From positions 16,144 through 80,143 of the forward strand of contig JANMQV010000152.1 of the NCBI GenBank assembly GCA_031370645.1: 64,000 nucleotides of DNA. Direction: 5' to 3'. Every line of letters starts with the position of its first letter. The first letter of the stretch is position 1. The notes beneath the pieces were generated by a model, which was not told the DNA's origin, ran no database searches, and was given only the letters and a program-made list of their open reading frames with translations. Source of the DNA: Candidatus Eiseniibacteriota bacterium (GTDB taxonomy: Bacteria > Eisenbacteria > RBG-16-71-46 > SZUA-252). Both the position numbers and the translations under genes were made by a program. Positions 1 to 10,035 of the stretch are shown here, in pieces.

Positions 1-1
1 C

Positions 2-685
2 CTCTTCGGCTGCCCGACCGTCGTGAACAACGTCGAGACGCTCGCTTGCGTGCCTCACATCGTGAAGCACGGGTGGGAGTGGTTCGCCGGTATCGGGACG
101 GAGCGAAACACGGGGCCGAAGCTTTATGGGCTCTCGGGCCACGTGGTGAAGCCGGGCGTCTACGAGGCGCCGATGGGCATTCCGCTTCGGAAACTGATCG
201 ACGAATTCGGCGGCGGCGTTCCCGGCGGACGCCCCATCAAGGCGGTCATCCCCGGCGGCGCGTCGTGCCCGGTGCTTCGCGGCGACGAGATCGACGTGCC
301 GATGGACTTCGACAGCATGACCCGGGCGGGGTCGCTCTTCGGCACCGGCACGCCGGTGGTGATGGACGACACCTGCTGCATGGTGAAGGCCGCGTGGATC
401 ACGGCGCGCTTCTTCGCGCACGAATCGTGCGGTCAATGCACGCCCTGCCGCGAAGGGGCCGGGTGGCTCCAGCGGCTCCTCTGGAAGATCGAGACGGGGC
501 AGGGCGAGGAGAAGGACATCGACACGCTCCTCTCCGTGACCGACCAGATCGAGGGGAACACGATCTGCGCATTGGGCGACGCGGCGGCCTGGCCGGCGCG
601 CGGCTTCGCGAAGAAATTCCGAGACGAGTTCATCCAGCACATCCGCGAGAAGCGCTGCCCCCTGGGCGGCGGCTCGCTGAATTGA
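2..685 (+). CDS. nuoF: NADH-quinone oxidoreductase subunit F (C-terminal part; 5' end lies outside the window)
   Basis: Translation carries the NuoF 51-kDa subunit C-terminus, including the 4Fe-4S cluster motif ESCGQCTPCREG and the soluble-ligand-binding region. The reading frame is open to the window edge. nuoG follows directly. Confidence 0.9.
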   Translation, partial: LFGCPTVVNNVETLACVPHIVKHGWEWFAGIGTERNTGPKLYGLSGHVVKPGVYEAPMGIPLRKLIDEFGGGVPGGRPIKAVIPGGASCPVLRGDEIDVPMDFDSMTRAGSLFGTGTPVVMDDTCCMVKAAWITARFFAHESCGQCTPCREGAGWLQRLLWKIETGQGEEKDIDTLLSVTDQIEGNTICALGDAAAWPARGFAKKFRDEFIQHIREKRCPLGGGSLN

Positions 686-695
686 GGGAGCGCCC

Positions 696-2324
696 ATGGC
701 GAACGTGACGCTGAAGATCGACGGCCGGAGCGTGTCGGTCCCGAAGGGGACGAACCTCGTGGAAGCGGGGAAGACGGCCGGTGTCTTCACGCCGCACTTC
801 TGCTACCACCCGGGCCTCCCGGTGGTCGGCGTCTGCCGCATCTGCCTGGTCGAGATCGAGGGGCGCCCGAAGCTCGTGGCCGGCTGCGCCACGCCGGCCG
901 AGGAGGGGATGACCGTCATCACCCGCTCGGCGAAGGTGAAGGAAGCGCGCCGCGCCGTGATGGAGTTCCTTCTCATCCACCATCCGCTCGACTGCCCCAT
1001 GTGCGACAAGGGAGGCGAGTGCACCCTCCAAGATTACACCGTCGCCATGAGCGGCCCCGCCACGCGCTTCAAGTTCGAGAAGAACACGTGGCCCGAGGAG
1101 GACGTGGGCGGAAAGCTCATCCTCAACAAGAACCGCTGCATCCTCTGCCTCCGCTGCGTGAATCTCTGCAAGGACGTGGCGGGTATCGAAGAGATCGCGG
1201 TCTTGGCGCGCGGCGAGGAGACCTACATCGGCACGATCGGCGGCCAGAAGATCGAGAACGAACTGGCCGGAAACATCGCCGACATCTGCCCGGTGGGCGC
1301 CCTGACGAGCAAGGATTTCCGCTTCAAGAGCCGCCCGTGGGAATTGAAGAATTCGCCGTCGGTCTGCACGCTCTGCTCCAAGGGGTGTAACACGATCGTC
1401 GGCTACCATCCGCGGCGCGACGAAGTGCTTCGCTTCACGGCGCGCGAGAACATGGACGTGAACCAATGGTGGATCTGCGACCGCGGCCGCGGGCAGTTCC
1501 ATTCGATTCACGCGCCGAACCGCCTGTCGGGGCCGGTTCGTCGCGATAACGGGAGCGTGAAGCCGGTGCTCTGGCACGAGGCGATCCCCGCGATCGCGGC
1601 GGCGCTAAAGAGCGTCATCGCGAAGAGCGGCGCCGGTGCCGTGGGCGTCGTCGCCTCCGCCGAACTGACGAACGAAGAGCTCTTCCTCGCGCGGACGATC
1701 TTCCGCGACAAGCTTGGGGTCGCGAACTTCGATTTCCCGGCCCGGCCGCAACCGCCGGTCGTCTATCCCAAGTTCACGATCGAAGGCGACAAGAATCCGA
1801 ACACGCGCGGCGCTCGCGCCCTCGGGATTGCGCCGGGGCAGGGCGGACGCTCCGTTCGGGACATCATCCAGGCGGCGGCGGAGGGGGAAATTCGCGCCCT
1901 CGTCTTCCTGCGTGGCGGCGACCTCGACACGTTCGGCGATGCCGCCCTCGTGGCGCGCGCGCTCGAGCGGGTGGAACTCCTCGTCGTTCTCGACACGCAC
2001 GCCTCGCCCGTGAGCGAGAAGGCGCACTGGGTCCTGGCGGGAGCAACGCACGTCGAGAAGGACGGCACCTACACGAACTCGCAGGGGCGCGTGCAGCGTG
2101 TCCAGCGTGTTTTCACGACCTCGCGCGACATCCGCGAGGATTGGCGCGTGCTCCAAGAGTTGGGACTCGCGCTCGGAGCGTTCTCGGAGCGCGTGGCCGG
2201 CGCCGAGGAACTCTTCGCGCGGCTCGCCGCCGCGAATCCGGCGTTCCGCGGGCTCACGTACACATCGGTGGGGGAACTTGGTGCGCCGCTCGCCTCCGCG
2301 ACGGCGGACGTCGCCGTGGGTTGA
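696..2324 (+). CDS. nuoG: NADH-quinone oxidoreductase subunit G (short form)
   Basis: The N-terminal 2Fe-2S ferredoxin domain (CYHPGLPVVGVCRICLVEIEG) and the HPLDCPMCDKGGEC 4Fe-4S motif are typical of NuoG/75-kDa subunits. It follows nuoF after 10 nt. Confidence 0.9.
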   Translation: MANVTLKIDGRSVSVPKGTNLVEAGKTAGVFTPHFCYHPGLPVVGVCRICLVEIEGRPKLVAGCATPAEEGMTVITRSAKVKEARRAVMEFLLIHHPLDCPMCDKGGECTLQDYTVAMSGPATRFKFEKNTWPEEDVGGKLILNKNRCILCLRCVNLCKDVAGIEEIAVLARGEETYIGTIGGQKIENELAGNIADICPVGALTSKDFRFKSRPWELKNSPSVCTLCSKGCNTIVGYHPRRDEVLRFTARENMDVNQWWICDRGRGQFHSIHAPNRLSGPVRRDNGSVKPVLWHEAIPAIAAALKSVIAKSGAGAVGVVASAELTNEELFLARTIFRDKLGVANFDFPARPQPPVVYPKFTIEGDKNPNTRGARALGIAPGQGGRSVRDIIQAAAEGEIRALVFLRGGDLDTFGDAALVARALERVELLVVLDTHASPVSEKAHWVLAGATHVEKDGTYTNSQGRVQRVQRVFTTSRDIREDWRVLQELGLALGAFSERVAGAEELFARLAAANPAFRGLTYTSVGELGAPLASATADVAVG

Positions 2325-3402
2325 TCCCGACCGACGCCGCCGGCTCCTCCTCGCGCTCCCCAAAACCGACCTCCACGTTCACCTCGACGGATCGCTCCGC
2401 CCGGAATCGCTCCTCGAGATGGCGCGAGAGCAGCGGCTACGGCTCCCGATCACGGACGCCGACGCGCTCGATGCGTTCCTCGATTCACTCACCTCGGGTG
2501 TCAGTCTCCCGGAATATCTGAAAGCTTTCGACCTCACGCTCCGCGTGCTCCAGACGCGCGAGGCGCTCGTCCGCGCGGCGTTTGAACTGGCGGAAGACTC
2601 GCATCTGGAAAATGTCCGCTACCTGGAAGTCCGCTACTGCCCGGCGCTCCACACGCGCCGCGGGCTTTCGATGGGGGAGACGGTGGAGGCGGTCGAGCAC
2701 GGCCTGAAGCGCGCGCGGCGCCGCTACGGCATCCAGAGCGGAATCATCATCTGCGGCATCCGGCACATGAGCCCCCGGCTCACGAATCGCCTCGCCGAGG
2801 TAGCGGTGGCGTACGCGGGGAAGGGTGTGGTCGCCTTCGATCTGGCCGGGGCCGAGCGTGATTTTCCCGCGAAGGCGCATAGCCGGGCCTTCCGCCTCGT
2901 TGCGAAGAACAACATGAACGTGACGGTGCACGCCGGAGAGGCGTACGGGCCGGAGAGCATCGCCCAGGCGCTCCACTACTGCAGCGCGCACCGGATCGGG
3001 CACGGCACACGACTCGGCGAAAACCGCGAGATCCTCGACTACGTGAACGACCACCGGATCCCGCTCGAAATGTGCCTCACGTCGAACGTCCAGACCGGTG
3101 CGGTCCGCCGTGCGAGCGCCCACCCGTTCCTCCGGTACCTGAGGCTGGGTCTTCGCGTCACGCTCAACACCGACAATCGGCTCGTCTCCCGGACCACGAT
3201 GACGCAGGAGCTCGACCGGGCGGTCACGACGTTCAAACTGACGCCGAACGATATCCGGCACGTCTTGGTGAACGGCTTCAAGTCGGCGTTCCTTCCCGTC
3301 GCTCGGAAGGCGGCCCTCCTGAGGGCATCCCTCCGCGAGATGGACGGCCTCTTCCGGCACGCCGGTATCCTCCCGCCGGAACGGGGACCGGAGGTTCTTT
3401 GA
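2281..3402 (+). CDS. add: adenosine deaminase
   Basis: LPKTDLHVHLDGS metal-binding signature, plus the HAGE and SNV/TDN motifs of the adenosine/AMP deaminase superfamily. The start is uncertain: the frame is open from 2098 and the only in-frame canonical start near the conserved N-terminus is GTG 2281, 44 nt inside nuoG. Confidence 0.75.
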   Translation: MRRSPPRRRTSPWVDPDRRRRLLLALPKTDLHVHLDGSLRPESLLEMAREQRLRLPITDADALDAFLDSLTSGVSLPEYLKAFDLTLRVLQTREALVRAAFELAEDSHLENVRYLEVRYCPALHTRRGLSMGETVEAVEHGLKRARRRYGIQSGIIICGIRHMSPRLTNRLAEVAVAYAGKGVVAFDLAGAERDFPAKAHSRAFRLVAKNNMNVTVHAGEAYGPESIAQALHYCSAHRIGHGTRLGENREILDYVNDHRIPLEMCLTSNVQTGAVRRASAHPFLRYLRLGLRVTLNTDNRLVSRTTMTQELDRAVTTFKLTPNDIRHVLVNGFKSAFLPVARKAALLRASLREMDGLFRHAGILPPERGPEVL

Positions 3403-3529
3403 GCCGGAACCGCCAAGGGCGCATCCAAACGTCCGGCGGCGGGTTTGCGGCGCATTCCTTGCGCCGTTCGGCCAGGAAGCCTAGACTCCTACCCCAAGCA
3501 TCTACCGCCGTGCACCCGAGGATCACGTC

Positions 3530-4570
3530 ATGAGCCAGATGGGCCGCTCCGCCGGTCCCCGATCATCGCTCTCCGGACGTCTGAGCCCCGTGCCAATCTT
3601 GCAGGTCGCCACCGGGTTCTGGGCGAGCCAAGCGCTATTGACCGCCGTCGAGCTGCGCGTCTTCACGATCCTCTTCCAGGGGCCGAAGAGCGCGGCTGAC
3701 GTCGCCGAGGCAGCCGGCGCCGATGCCGCGGCCATGGAAGCGCTCCTCGACGCGAATTGCGCCATCGGATTTCTGCAGCGGCAGGGAGACCGGTACAAGA
3801 ACGACGAAGTGGCGAACGCCTTCCTCGTGGAGAGCGTCCCGGGGAACTACGTGGAAATGGTCCGCTTCATGCGGGATCCGCTTTACCCGCTTTGGAGCTC
3901 GCTCCGAGAGCGCGTCCGCGGCGGAAGCCCGCCGACCGTGCCACAGGGGAACGACGAGCTCGAAATTGGCCTGGCGCGGGCCTTCCACACCGGCAGCTAT
4001 GCGACCATGTCGCGCGTGGCCGAAATCCTCGATCTCGAATTCAGCGACGTTTCCACTCTTCTCGAAATCGGGAGCCACACGGGCCCCGGCACCCTCTGTC
4101 TGGCGCGCCGTTATCCGCAGCTGCACGCGACCATCGTCGACCGGCCGGTTTTCCAGGCGGTCGCCGAGGAATTCATCAAGAGCATGAAGCTCGAGGATCG
4201 CGTGCGATTCGTCGCGGGCGACCCCGACGCCGCGCAGCCGGGCGCCAACGCCGACCTTTTGCTCATCCCGCACCACCTCTCGCGGCGGAGCCGAAACGTC
4301 ATCCCGCTCATCCTGGCGGCGGCGCGCGCGTCGCTCCGGGACGGCGGCCACATCATCGTCACCGAGTTCCTCCTCGAGGACTCCCACGCCGAGCCCAAGG
4401 AAGCGGCCCTCTATCGTCTGAACGTGCTCGCCGCGTACGGCGCCGGGAACGCCGGGGCGTTGACGCGCGGAGAGCTGACGAAGTACCTCCAGGAGGCCGG
4501 ATTCGCCGGCGTCGACATGGTGGGACTTCCGATATTCGGCATCACGGCCATCACGGCCACCAAGGGCTAG
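3530..4570 (+). CDS. class I SAM-dependent O-methyltransferase (plant-type OMT family with N-terminal dimerisation domain)
   Basis: The N-terminal region resembles an OMT dimerisation domain. The LLEIGSHTGPG SAM-binding motif I is present. Length (346 aa) is typical of COMT/HIOMT-like bacterial O-methyltransferases. Confidence 0.7.
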   Translation: MSQMGRSAGPRSSLSGRLSPVPILQVATGFWASQALLTAVELRVFTILFQGPKSAADVAEAAGADAAAMEALLDANCAIGFLQRQGDRYKNDEVANAFLVESVPGNYVEMVRFMRDPLYPLWSSLRERVRGGSPPTVPQGNDELEIGLARAFHTGSYATMSRVAEILDLEFSDVSTLLEIGSHTGPGTLCLARRYPQLHATIVDRPVFQAVAEEFIKSMKLEDRVRFVAGDPDAAQPGANADLLLIPHHLSRRSRNVIPLILAAARASLRDGGHIIVTEFLLEDSHAEPKEAALYRLNVLAAYGAGNAGALTRGELTKYLQEAGFAGVDMVGLPIFGITAITATKG

Positions 4571-4573
4571 GCC

Positions 4574-5224
4574 GTGCGGGTCGAACGCCGTCCCGTGGGG
4601 CCGTTCGACAATAATCTCTACATTCTCTCCACGCCCGGATCGCCGGACGCGATCGTCGTCGATCCCTGCGGCGACGACGGGACCGCGCTTCGCGAGATCG
4701 AGCGGCGCGGCCTCAAACTCCGCCGCATTCTCCTCACGCACGGGCACATCGACCACATCCTCGCCGTGAAGGCGTATCGCGACGCGACCGGGGCCCCGGT
4801 CTGGATGCATCCCGGCGATCGCTGGTGGCTCGAGCGCGCGCCGGCGCAGGCCGCGACATTCGAACTGCCGTGGAACGGCGCGTTCGAAGTCGATCACTGG
4901 ATCACGGGTGGGGAGGAAGTCGGACTGCCGGGCATCGAGGTGCGCGCGCTGGAGACGCCAGGGCACTCGCCCGGAAGCGTGACGTTTGTGACTCCCGACG
5001 GTCTGATCTCGGGCGATGTCCTCTTCGCCGGCTCGGTCGGCCGCACCGACCTTCCGCTCTGCGACCCCGAGGCGCTCGTCCGTTCCGTGCGGGAGTGTCT
5101 CTTCGCCTACCCTGACGCGACCCCCGTCTATCCGGGGCACGGCCCCGCGACGACCATCGGAGCGGAGCGCCGGTCGAACCCGTTCGTCGGGGACGTCGCG
5201 CTCGGACACCGCCAGAGCGTCTGA
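4574..5224 (+). CDS. MBL-fold metallo-hydrolase (glyoxalase II-like)
   Basis: THGHIDH (HxHxDH) zinc-binding motif with downstream His/Asp ligands (TPGHSPGS, GDVLF), as in the hydroxyacylglutathione hydrolase / beta-lactamase fold. GTG start 4 nt after the OMT stop. Confidence 0.8.
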   Translation: MRVERRPVGPFDNNLYILSTPGSPDAIVVDPCGDDGTALREIERRGLKLRRILLTHGHIDHILAVKAYRDATGAPVWMHPGDRWWLERAPAQAATFELPWNGAFEVDHWITGGEEVGLPGIEVRALETPGHSPGSVTFVTPDGLISGDVLFAGSVGRTDLPLCDPEALVRSVRECLFAYPDATPVYPGHGPATTIGAERRSNPFVGDVALGHRQSV

Positions 5225-5254
5225 CCGCCGCAGCGCCGCGCGGAGGGGAATCTC

Positions 5255-6895
5255 GTGACGAACGAATTCGAAAAACTCCTGCACCCGAGCGCGCTCTACC
5301 GCGACTTCCTCCTGTCGCCCGAGCGGGTGCGCGAGTTCTACCCGGCCGACTTCCGCGATCCCGCAGCACTCGGAACTCGTGCCGCGGCGCGGGCGTTCCC
5401 GCCCGATCGGCGCGCGGCGGTCGTCTCGATCCTGCGACGTCAAGCCGCGTCGTGGGATCTGGGCGAACACTCCCGGGAGGCGCTGGCGCGCTTCGAGCGC
5501 CCCGACGCGCTCTGCGTCGTGGCGGGGCAGCAGCCGGGGCTCTTCGGCGGGCCGCTCTACACGATCTACAAGGCGCTCACGGCCATCGCGCTCGCGAAGT
5601 CGATCGAAGCGGCGCGCGGCGTTCCGGTGGTGCCGATATTCTGGCTCGCCTCCGACGATCACGACTTCGAGGAAGTGCGCCGCACTTGGGTGAGCGACGG
5701 CGGGCCCGAGCCTTCGGTGTTAGAGGTGGCCGCCTCCGACGCTCCCGCCGGCGTTTCGGTGGCGCGCGTGAAGCTCGGCGCCGGCGTCGAGGCGCTCCAC
5801 CAGCGTCTCGCTTCGCTTCTCCCTCCGTCGGAATTCCGGGATCCGCTCCTCGCGCGACTGCGCGATGCCTACGCGCCGGGACGCGGATGGAGCGACGCCT
5901 TCGCGCGCTTCGTCGGTTCGCTCCTCGCGCCGATGGGAATGCTCCTCTTCGATCCTTCCGACGCGGAGACGAAACGGCTCGCGCTCCCGATCTTCGAGCG
6001 CGAGGCGGCGCTCGCCGGCGAGAGTTCACGAAAGGCGCACGATCGCGGCGCCGAACTCGTGGCGCGCGGCTACCACGCGCAGATCACGCGGTCGGGGAAC
6101 GAACTGAATCTCTTCTGGCACGAGGAGAAGCGCGAGTCGCTCCGACTGGTGGACGGGAAGGTGCGTGCTTCGGAAGGCGGTCCCACCTGGAGCCCCGCCG
6201 AATTCGCGAAGGCGCTGCACGATGCTCCCGAGAAGGCGAGCCCCGGGGTTCTTCTTCGTCCGCTCATGCAGGACTACCTCCTCCCGACCGCGGCGTACGT
6301 CGGCGGTCCCGCGGAGGTCGCCTATTGGGCGCAGATCCATCCCCTCTATCCGCTCTTCGACCTGGCAACCCCGGCCGTCACGCCGCGCGCGGGCGCCACG
6401 CTCCTCGAACCGAAGATCGCGAAGACGCTCGACCGCTTTGGACTCGAGTGGTCGGCGTTGGCGGGCGACGTGGAGCCGATCCTGACCGAGACGCTCCGGA
6501 AACTCCTCCCCGACGATTTCCCCGACCGCTTCGATCGCGAGCGGAAGGAGTGGGACGCCTCCTTCCAGCGCCTCGACGCCGTTGTTACCGCATTCGATCC
6601 GTCGCTCCGATCGGCGCTCACCACCGCGGCGGGAAAGGTGCAGCACGAGGGGCGCGAATTGGAGAGGAAACTGATGCAGGTCTGGAAGCGCCGCCAGGAG
6701 GAGTCGGTTTCGCAGATTCGCCGCGCGGCGGGGCACCTCTTCCCTCACGGGGGATTGCAAGAAAGAACGCTCTCCGTCCTCGGATATCTCGCGCGCTACG
6801 GCCCCGAATTGCCGGGGCGCATGCGCGAGGCGATCGGCGCGCCCGGCTCGCACGTGGTGATTCCGGTCGGCGGACCGGTGGTGGCGCCGCGATGA
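5255..6895 (+). CDS. bshC: bacillithiol biosynthesis cysteine-adding enzyme BshC
   Basis: Strong match to the BshC/YllA family. VVAGQQPGLFGGPLYTIYKAL and VPVVPIFWLASDDHDFEEV match the conserved core of B. subtilis BshC. Length 546 aa. Confidence 0.85.
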   Translation: MTNEFEKLLHPSALYRDFLLSPERVREFYPADFRDPAALGTRAAARAFPPDRRAAVVSILRRQAASWDLGEHSREALARFERPDALCVVAGQQPGLFGGPLYTIYKALTAIALAKSIEAARGVPVVPIFWLASDDHDFEEVRRTWVSDGGPEPSVLEVAASDAPAGVSVARVKLGAGVEALHQRLASLLPPSEFRDPLLARLRDAYAPGRGWSDAFARFVGSLLAPMGMLLFDPSDAETKRLALPIFEREAALAGESSRKAHDRGAELVARGYHAQITRSGNELNLFWHEEKRESLRLVDGKVRASEGGPTWSPAEFAKALHDAPEKASPGVLLRPLMQDYLLPTAAYVGGPAEVAYWAQIHPLYPLFDLATPAVTPRAGATLLEPKIAKTLDRFGLEWSALAGDVEPILTETLRKLLPDDFPDRFDRERKEWDASFQRLDAVVTAFDPSLRSALTTAAGKVQHEGRELERKLMQVWKRRQEESVSQIRRAAGHLFPHGGLQERTLSVLGYLARYGPELPGRMREAIGAPGSHVVIPVGGPVVAPR

Positions 6896-8064
6896 AGATC
6901 GGAATCTCCTGCTATCCGTCCCACGGAGGCTCCGGCGTCGTCGCGACCGAACTCGGCATGGAACTCGCCAAGCGCGGTCATGAGATTCACTTCATCTCGT
7001 ACGCGATTCCGTTTCGCCTGAAGCCGCATGCGGAGGGAATCTATTTCCACGAAGTGTCGAACACCTCGTACCCGCTCTTCCAATTCCCGCTCTACACGAT
7101 GACGTTGGCGGCGAAAATGGCGGAGGTCGCCGACGAGGTCGGGCTCGACGTGTTGCACGCGCACTACGCCATCCCGCACGCAGTTTGCGCCCATTTGGCG
7201 CGCGAGGTGGCGCGTACGAAAGACCGCCTCCGCGTCGTCACCACGCTCCACGGCACCGACATCACGCTCGTCGGCTCGGATCAGTCGTTCCGGTCGATCA
7301 CGCGCTACGGGATTGAGATGAGCGACGGGGTTACCGCCGTCTCCGAATTCCTCCGGAAACGGACCGTCGACGTCTTCGCGCCGAAGCGCGACGTGGAGGT
7401 GATCCCGAACTTCGTCGACACGGCCCGCTACGCGCCGCGCGAGGGTTCGGCCTGCCATCGCGAGCGCTACGCGCGGAGCGGGGAGAAGATCCTCACGCAC
7501 ATCTCGAACTTCCGCGCGAGCAAGCGGGCGCCGGATGCCGTGCGCGTGCTGGCGGCCGTGCGGCGGGAAGTGCCGGCGGTGCTCTTGATGGTGGGAGATG
7601 GTCCGGAGCGGACGCGAAGCCGTGAAGTGGCGGTGGAACTCGGCGTCGAACGCCACGTTCGTTACTTGGGGCAGATGGACGCGGTGGAAGAAGTCCTCGC
7701 CGCGAGCGACCTTTTCATCCTCCCGAGCGAGAACGAATCGTTCGGCCTCGCGGCGCTCGAAGCGATGTCGAGCGGCGTGCCGGTGATTGGCACCACCGCC
7801 GAAGGGCTCCCCGAGTTGATTCGCTTCGGGGAAACCGGGTATCTCGTGCCCGTGGGGGACGTCGAAGGGATGGCCCGGCGGGCGGTCGAGGTGTTGAGCG
7901 ACGCGAAGCTTCACACCACCATGGCCGCCGCCGCCCGGCGGCTCTCTGTGGAGAAATACGAGGCGAGCCGCGTCGTGCCGCTGTACGAGAAATTCTACGA
8001 GAAGGTGCGGGAGCGCCCCGTCTTCATCCCGCCGCCGCTCGCCCCGCCCGAGGGGCTGGCGTAG
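6892..8064 (+). CDS. bshA: N-acetyl-alpha-D-glucosaminyl L-malate synthase BshA (GT4)
   Basis: The N-terminus [36 protein letters not shown] is nearly colinear with B. subtilis BshA. GT4 C-terminal EX7E region present. ATG overlaps the bshC stop (ATGA). Confidence 0.9.
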   Translation: MKIGISCYPSHGGSGVVATELGMELAKRGHEIHFISYAIPFRLKPHAEGIYFHEVSNTSYPLFQFPLYTMTLAAKMAEVADEVGLDVLHAHYAIPHAVCAHLAREVARTKDRLRVVTTLHGTDITLVGSDQSFRSITRYGIEMSDGVTAVSEFLRKRTVDVFAPKRDVEVIPNFVDTARYAPREGSACHRERYARSGEKILTHISNFRASKRAPDAVRVLAAVRREVPAVLLMVGDGPERTRSREVAVELGVERHVRYLGQMDAVEEVLAASDLFILPSENESFGLAALEAMSSGVPVIGTTAEGLPELIRFGETGYLVPVGDVEGMARRAVEVLSDAKLHTTMAAAARRLSVEKYEASRVVPLYEKFYEKVRERPVFIPPPLAPPEGLA

Positions 8065-8080
8065 GGGCGAACGTTCAGGC

Positions 8081-9274
8081 TCATGGATGGTGCGGAAGTG
8101 CGAGCGTCACACTCGGCGCTCCCGCCGGCACCAACAACGTCAGGATCGAGTCGGCGTCCGCGATACCGGCCCGAGTCACGGCCACCGTCCCAGATCCCGG
8201 TCGGCTCCGCACATAGAGATCGTATTCAAGCCCCCGCTCCAAGAGCAGATGGAACGCACCGGCGTTGTCTGTTGGACAAAAGGCCGAGCGGCGGGGATCG
8301 AGCCAGGGCACCGCGACGACGTATCGACCCGCTTGCGGCTCGCCTGTTCCCGACGTGAGGACCGCTCCCGACCAGAGGGTTCCGTCTAGCTCAAAGTCCT
8401 TCGTCGTCGGGCCCGATACCGGTGAATTCGGTGCATATCGAGGGAGGATGTACGAGCTCGAACCCTGAGGGGTGATCGTCCAACGATAACTCGCGGCGGA
8501 GAGATACATCGCGTAGTAGCCCTCGGCATCGGTGATCGCAGTCACGCTCGAGCCCGTGCTGTTCGCATAGACAAATGCTCCCAGAATGGGCACGCCGGCT
8601 CGACCGGTAACGTGTCCTTGAATCCGGCTGCCTTCCATTTGGAACACCATGGTCGTGTCGTTCGTGATCGCGACGTCCTCAATCTTTCTCGTGGGGTAGG
8701 GGTGAGGGTACGCACCGCCCGACGCGCGGATCTGATACACCCCTGGCGGGACGAGCAGGCGAAACGTGGAGCCCGTATAAGCGAAGTCGATGTAGTCGTA
8801 ATCTCCATTTGTGTGGAGACCGTCCATGTAGATATACCCCGCATTCAAGATCGCACCGTCGGGGTCGCGAATCTCGCCCGAAACGTAGGCTCCCGAGAGT
8901 CGGAACACGTGACGCCCGGCATCCCCCGAAACGACGAACTCCGGGATGTCGGGACGATGGGTGTAGGGGGAATTCTCAGGGAGGAGCGCGGTTCCGGTGT
9001 ATCTACCCTCCGGCACGTGAAAATGCGCGTGGCCGGCGGCGTCTGTCTCGGCGCCGAACACTCCAGACTGCCGCGTCGGTCCAATCCGGTTCAGGAGGAT
9101 GATCGCTTCGGAAATGGGGCTGCCGTCGCGCTCCTGGTAGATGAAATCGAGATCGACCTGGCGCGAGGGGGCCGTGGGAATTCGGGCGCACGCGAGCCCG
9201 ACCAACAGAAGCATTCCCCCGGCGCAAAAAACGCCGGTGCGTGCCCGTCGGCCCCTCGATCCCTTCGTGGTCAC
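8081..9274 (-). CDS. secreted protein with repeated carboxypeptidase-regulatory-like (transthyretin-like) beta-sandwich domains
   Basis: N-terminal hydrophobic signal/anchor segment, followed by several repeats rich in G/Y/T that look like CarboxypepD_reg-type beta sandwiches. No catalytic motif recognised. Confidence 0.45.
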   Translation of the reverse strand: MTTKGSRGRRARTGVFCAGGMLLLVGLACARIPTAPSRQVDLDFIYQERDGSPISEAIILLNRIGPTRQSGVFGAETDAAGHAHFHVPEGRYTGTALLPENSPYTHRPDIPEFVVSGDAGRHVFRLSGAYVSGEIRDPDGAILNAGYIYMDGLHTNGDYDYIDFAYTGSTFRLLVPPGVYQIRASGGAYPHPYPTRKIEDVAITNDTTMVFQMEGSRIQGHVTGRAGVPILGAFVYANSTGSSVTAITDAEGYYAMYLSAASYRWTITPQGSSSYILPRYAPNSPVSGPTTKDFELDGTLWSGAVLTSGTGEPQAGRYVVAVPWLDPRRSAFCPTDNAGAFHLLLERGLEYDLYVRSRPGSGTVAVTRAGIADADSILTLLVPAGAPSVTLALPHHP

Positions 9275-9280
9275 GCGAAA

Positions 9281-9895
9281 TTAGAACTCATATTGCACGC
9301 CAAACGTGAAGACACCGGTGACGAGCGTCTGGCGCGGAGATTCGTAATCGAGATAGCGTGAGGAATTGAAGATCGTGAAACTCGCCCGGTAGGCGTCCGC
9401 CGAAGCCTCGGCAAACGCAGACCACCGCGCCGCTGGCGCATACTCCACGCCCAGCCCCCCGGCGAATACCAATCCCGCCGTTCCGGGGGTGTCATAGAAA
9501 TTGAAGAACTGTCCGCCTAGCCCGCCGACCACATATGGCCGCAACGGACTTCGCAGCAGCGCAACAGTCGAGAGAAGCCGGATATCCCCGAAGCTCATGT
9601 CTTGTCCCGACGTCTTCCTTACGGGCGAGGAGTGCCCTGCGTCCATGACGATACTCACGCGTTCGCTGACTCCCATTGAAATCCGCACGCCAAATGCGAA
9701 CTCGGAGCGGAGCTTGAGGGGATCGGCGAAGACGCGGGCACCCATCACGGGCGCCACGCGGATCGGACGCTTGCCCACGCTTTCGGCGACGGCTGGACTC
9801 GCCGCCAGGAGAAACACGACGGCTAGCACCGCGAGAACCCTGGAGAGCGTCCAAGGGGAAGCGACATGGCGTCGGTATGAAGGACGGCGCTTCAT
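9281..9895 (-). CDS. outer-membrane beta-barrel protein (OmpA-like/OmpW-like small porin family)
   Basis: Signal peptide (LAVLAVVFLLAASPAVA), alternating amphipathic beta-strand pattern, and a C-terminal aromatic terminus (...GVQYEF) typical of BAM-dependent outer-membrane proteins. Confidence 0.6.
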   Translation of the reverse strand: MKRRPSYRRHVASPWTLSRVLAVLAVVFLLAASPAVAESVGKRPIRVAPVMGARVFADPLKLRSEFAFGVRISMGVSERVSIVMDAGHSSPVRKTSGQDMSFGDIRLLSTVALLRSPLRPYVVGGLGGQFFNFYDTPGTAGLVFAGGLGVEYAPAARWSAFAEASADAYRASFTIFNSSRYLDYESPRQTLVTGVFTFGVQYEF

Positions 9896-10035
9896 TCAAA
9901 CCTCTGTGGAACGGTTCGGACCGGCTGGACCGGCACTTGTGGGAAGGGGCCTTTCTGTGTACGATTCCATAGCTTACGCCCCTTCGAGGCGGGCCGCAAC
10001 GTGCCCAGCGAGGACCCTTTTCAGCCCCTGACGCC

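Noticed and set aside
3635-5662. 675-aa minus-strand ORF antisense to the O-methyltransferase and MBL genes
   Set aside because: Arg/Gly/Asp-rich low-complexity translation with no recognisable motif. It lies fully opposite two well-supported genes. A typical GC-driven spurious ORF.
5452-6891. The N-terminal 480 aa of the 870-aa ORF 5452..8064 (upstream extension of bshA)
   Set aside because: The extension is an Arg/Gly-rich out-of-frame read-through of bshC. The conserved BshA N-terminus [10 protein letters not shown] begins at 6892, overlapping the bshC stop.
9896-10035. Divergent intergenic region between the OMP gene and the URO-D-like gene, as a possible small RNA or riboswitch
   Set aside because: Only 140 nt. 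No conserved riboswitch blocks or strong hairpin plus U-tract recognised. Most simply a pair of divergent promoters.
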